From NCBI RefSeq assembly GCF_001194135.2, contig NC_068981.1:125633189-125667971 (forward strand): a stretch of 34,783 nt of DNA, given 5' to 3'. Shown piece by piece: positions 33,075 to 34,783 of the stretch. Source of the stretch: Octopus bimaculoides (taxonomy: Eukaryota). Position numbers and translations under genes: made by a program. Each line of letters opens with the position of its first letter. Within the stretch, counting starts at the first letter, position 1. Below the pieces are notes generated by a model, which saw nothing but the letters and a program-made list of their open reading frames with translations, did no database searches and was not told the origin of the DNA.

Positions 33075-34337
33075 CAGGGGTTGAACAAAATAATGGAAAC
33101 ATAAAAATTTCAAACAAATTTATTTTAACATGGGGTAGGACTGCCTCTGGCAGTAATTACAGCTTGAATTCTATGCGGTATGGACTCGTACAAAGTTTTA
33201 ATTGTTTCCAAAGGAACTTTTGTCCATTCTTCAGCTAAAACAGTCTCCAGTTCTTGCAGTGATGATGGTGGAGGATATCGACTCCTAACTTGTTTTTCTA
33301 AAATGCACCATAAATGCTCAATAATATTGAGATCTGGGGGCTGTGGTGACCAGATAAGATGTTCAACTTCATTAGAATGTTCCTCATGCCATTCAGTAAC
33401 ATCTTTAGCTGTGTGAATTGCTGCATTATCATCCCGAAAGATTGTGTTTCACTCTGGAAACAGTTCTACAACCATAGGATGAATTTGATCAGATAAAATG
33501 TTTAAATAGTCTTGACTATTAATTCTGCCATGAAGGGAAACCATTGGGTCGGCAGATTTCCAAGATATAGCCCCCTACCAGACCATCACAGTTCCTCCTC
33601 CATGTTTAACAGTTGGAAGAAGGCAGTCTGGGTCAAATGCTTCTTTTGGCCGTCACCACATGTATACTCGGCCTGTGGTCGGAAATAAGATAACAAGTGA
33701 CTCGTCCAAGAAAATAACATTCTTCCACTGCTCTAGGGACCAATTCTGTGGGTTTTTACTCCACTCTAAATGCTTTGCAATATTTGTTTTTGAAAGCAGT
33801 AGTTTTCTGATTGCAGCCCTTCCGTGAAATCCAGCTTTGTGCAGCTCCTGGTGAACAGTTTTTGTGGAAACTGGCTCCTCGAGGTGGTCATTAAGCTCTG
33901 CAGTAATTTTGGGAGCTGTACTTTTGTGATCCTTTCTAACAATTTATGTAAGAGCCTGACGGTTCCTATCTGAAAGTTTTGGTTTTCTTCTGGAGTTTTG
34001 TTTTGACGAGGTGGTTTTCCCTTTCTCAAAGGCTGTCATTTCTTTCAAGACAGTACTTCTTGATACACCAAACATTTCAGCTATTTTCATTATGCTAGTG
34101 CCTGCCATATGAGCACCAACAATTTGACCACTTTGAAAGTCCAATAGATCTGTCATTTTAATGAATTTTAATTACCTTTTTCTGATAGTATCTCAAAAGA
34201 AACAGCAATTTTAGCAAAACATATTAAGCAACATTAATAATAAATCAAAAAACATAAAAATAAACAAGCTTTTGACGGTTTTATAGATATTTCAAAATTA
34301 TGATGCTAGGTATTTTCATTATTTTGTCCAACCCCTG
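33075..34337 (-). mobile_element. Full-length Tc1-like DNA transposon with DD36E spacing, in Slo2 intron 1
   Basis: About 26-bp TIRs (CAGGGGTTGAACAAAATAATGGAAAC and, on the other end, CAGGGGTTGGACAAAATAATGAAAAT) are flanked by TA on both sides. Confidence 0.95.
33125..34156 (-). pseudogene. Tc1-like transposase pseudogene (344 codons, 4 premature stops, no frameshift)
   Basis: Manual translation: MTDLLDFQSGQIVG...FGVSRSTV (HTH), ...VIFLDES..., KHGGGTVMVW, FRDDNAAIHT...WSPQPPDLNIIEHLW...ARGSPTPC*. There are 36 residues between the second D and the E. Confidence 0.9.
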
Positions 34338-34399
34338 TATGTATATATATGTATATACATATGCTTATAACATATATAAATATGTATACATTATATATA

Positions 34400-34783
34400 T
34401 ATCATCATCATCATCATCATCGTTTAACGTCCTCTTTCCATACTAGCATGGGTTGGACGATTTGACTGAGGACTGGTGAAACCAGATGGCAACACCAGGC
34501 TCCAATCTAATTTGGCAGAGTTTCTACAGCTGGATGCCCTTCCTAACGCCAACCACTCAGAGAGTGTAGTGGGTGCTTTTACGTGTCACCCGCACGAAAA
34601 CGGCCACGCTCGAAATGGTGTCTTTTATGTGCCACCCGCACTAGAGCCAGTCCAGGGGCACTGGCAACAATCTCGCTTGAAAACCCTACAAGGCCAGTCA
34701 GGCGGTACTGGCAACGGTCACGCTCAGGATGGTACATCTTATGTGCCACCCGCACAAGAGCCAGTCCAGGGGCCCTGGCAACG
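34400..34783 (-). mobile_element. Non-LTR retroelement/SINE 3' end (RTE-related tail) with an internal repeat of about 116 bp
   Basis: A (CAT)n tail is followed by TTTCTACAGCTGGATGCCCTTCCTAACGCCAACC, which also occurs at about 31595-31680. The motif TATGTGCCACCCGCAC.AGAGCCAGTCCAGGGGC.CTGGCAAC occurs twice. The element is truncated by the window edge. Confidence 0.65.

Overview
AT-rich, microsatellite-dense, repeat-rich animal DNA from a gapped draft assembly. The SINE, mariner and RTE families look like those of a coleoid cephalopod, probably Octopus (recognised from memory, not searched). There are no prokaryotic features. Almost all ORFs in the supplied track are microsatellite, gap or transposon artefacts. 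The one confidently identifiable gene segment is absent from the track: the first coding exon of the Na+-activated K+ channel Slo2/KCNT (30745-30842, +, [32 protein letters not shown], then AG|GTAAAT). Just upstream of its presumed promoter lies a tandem array of about 150-bp SINE-derived units. Its first intron holds a full-length, frameshift-free DD36E Tc1-like element. The left 22 kb is CpG-depleted, as expected for a methylated gene body. It carries a chain of strong minus-strand splice sites of an unidentified transcript, a permuted Helitron remnant, a DD37D mariner broken by a 1.7-kb inversion with a 51-bp inverted breakpoint duplication, RTE and hAT remnants, a piggyBac-type MITE and many SINEs.
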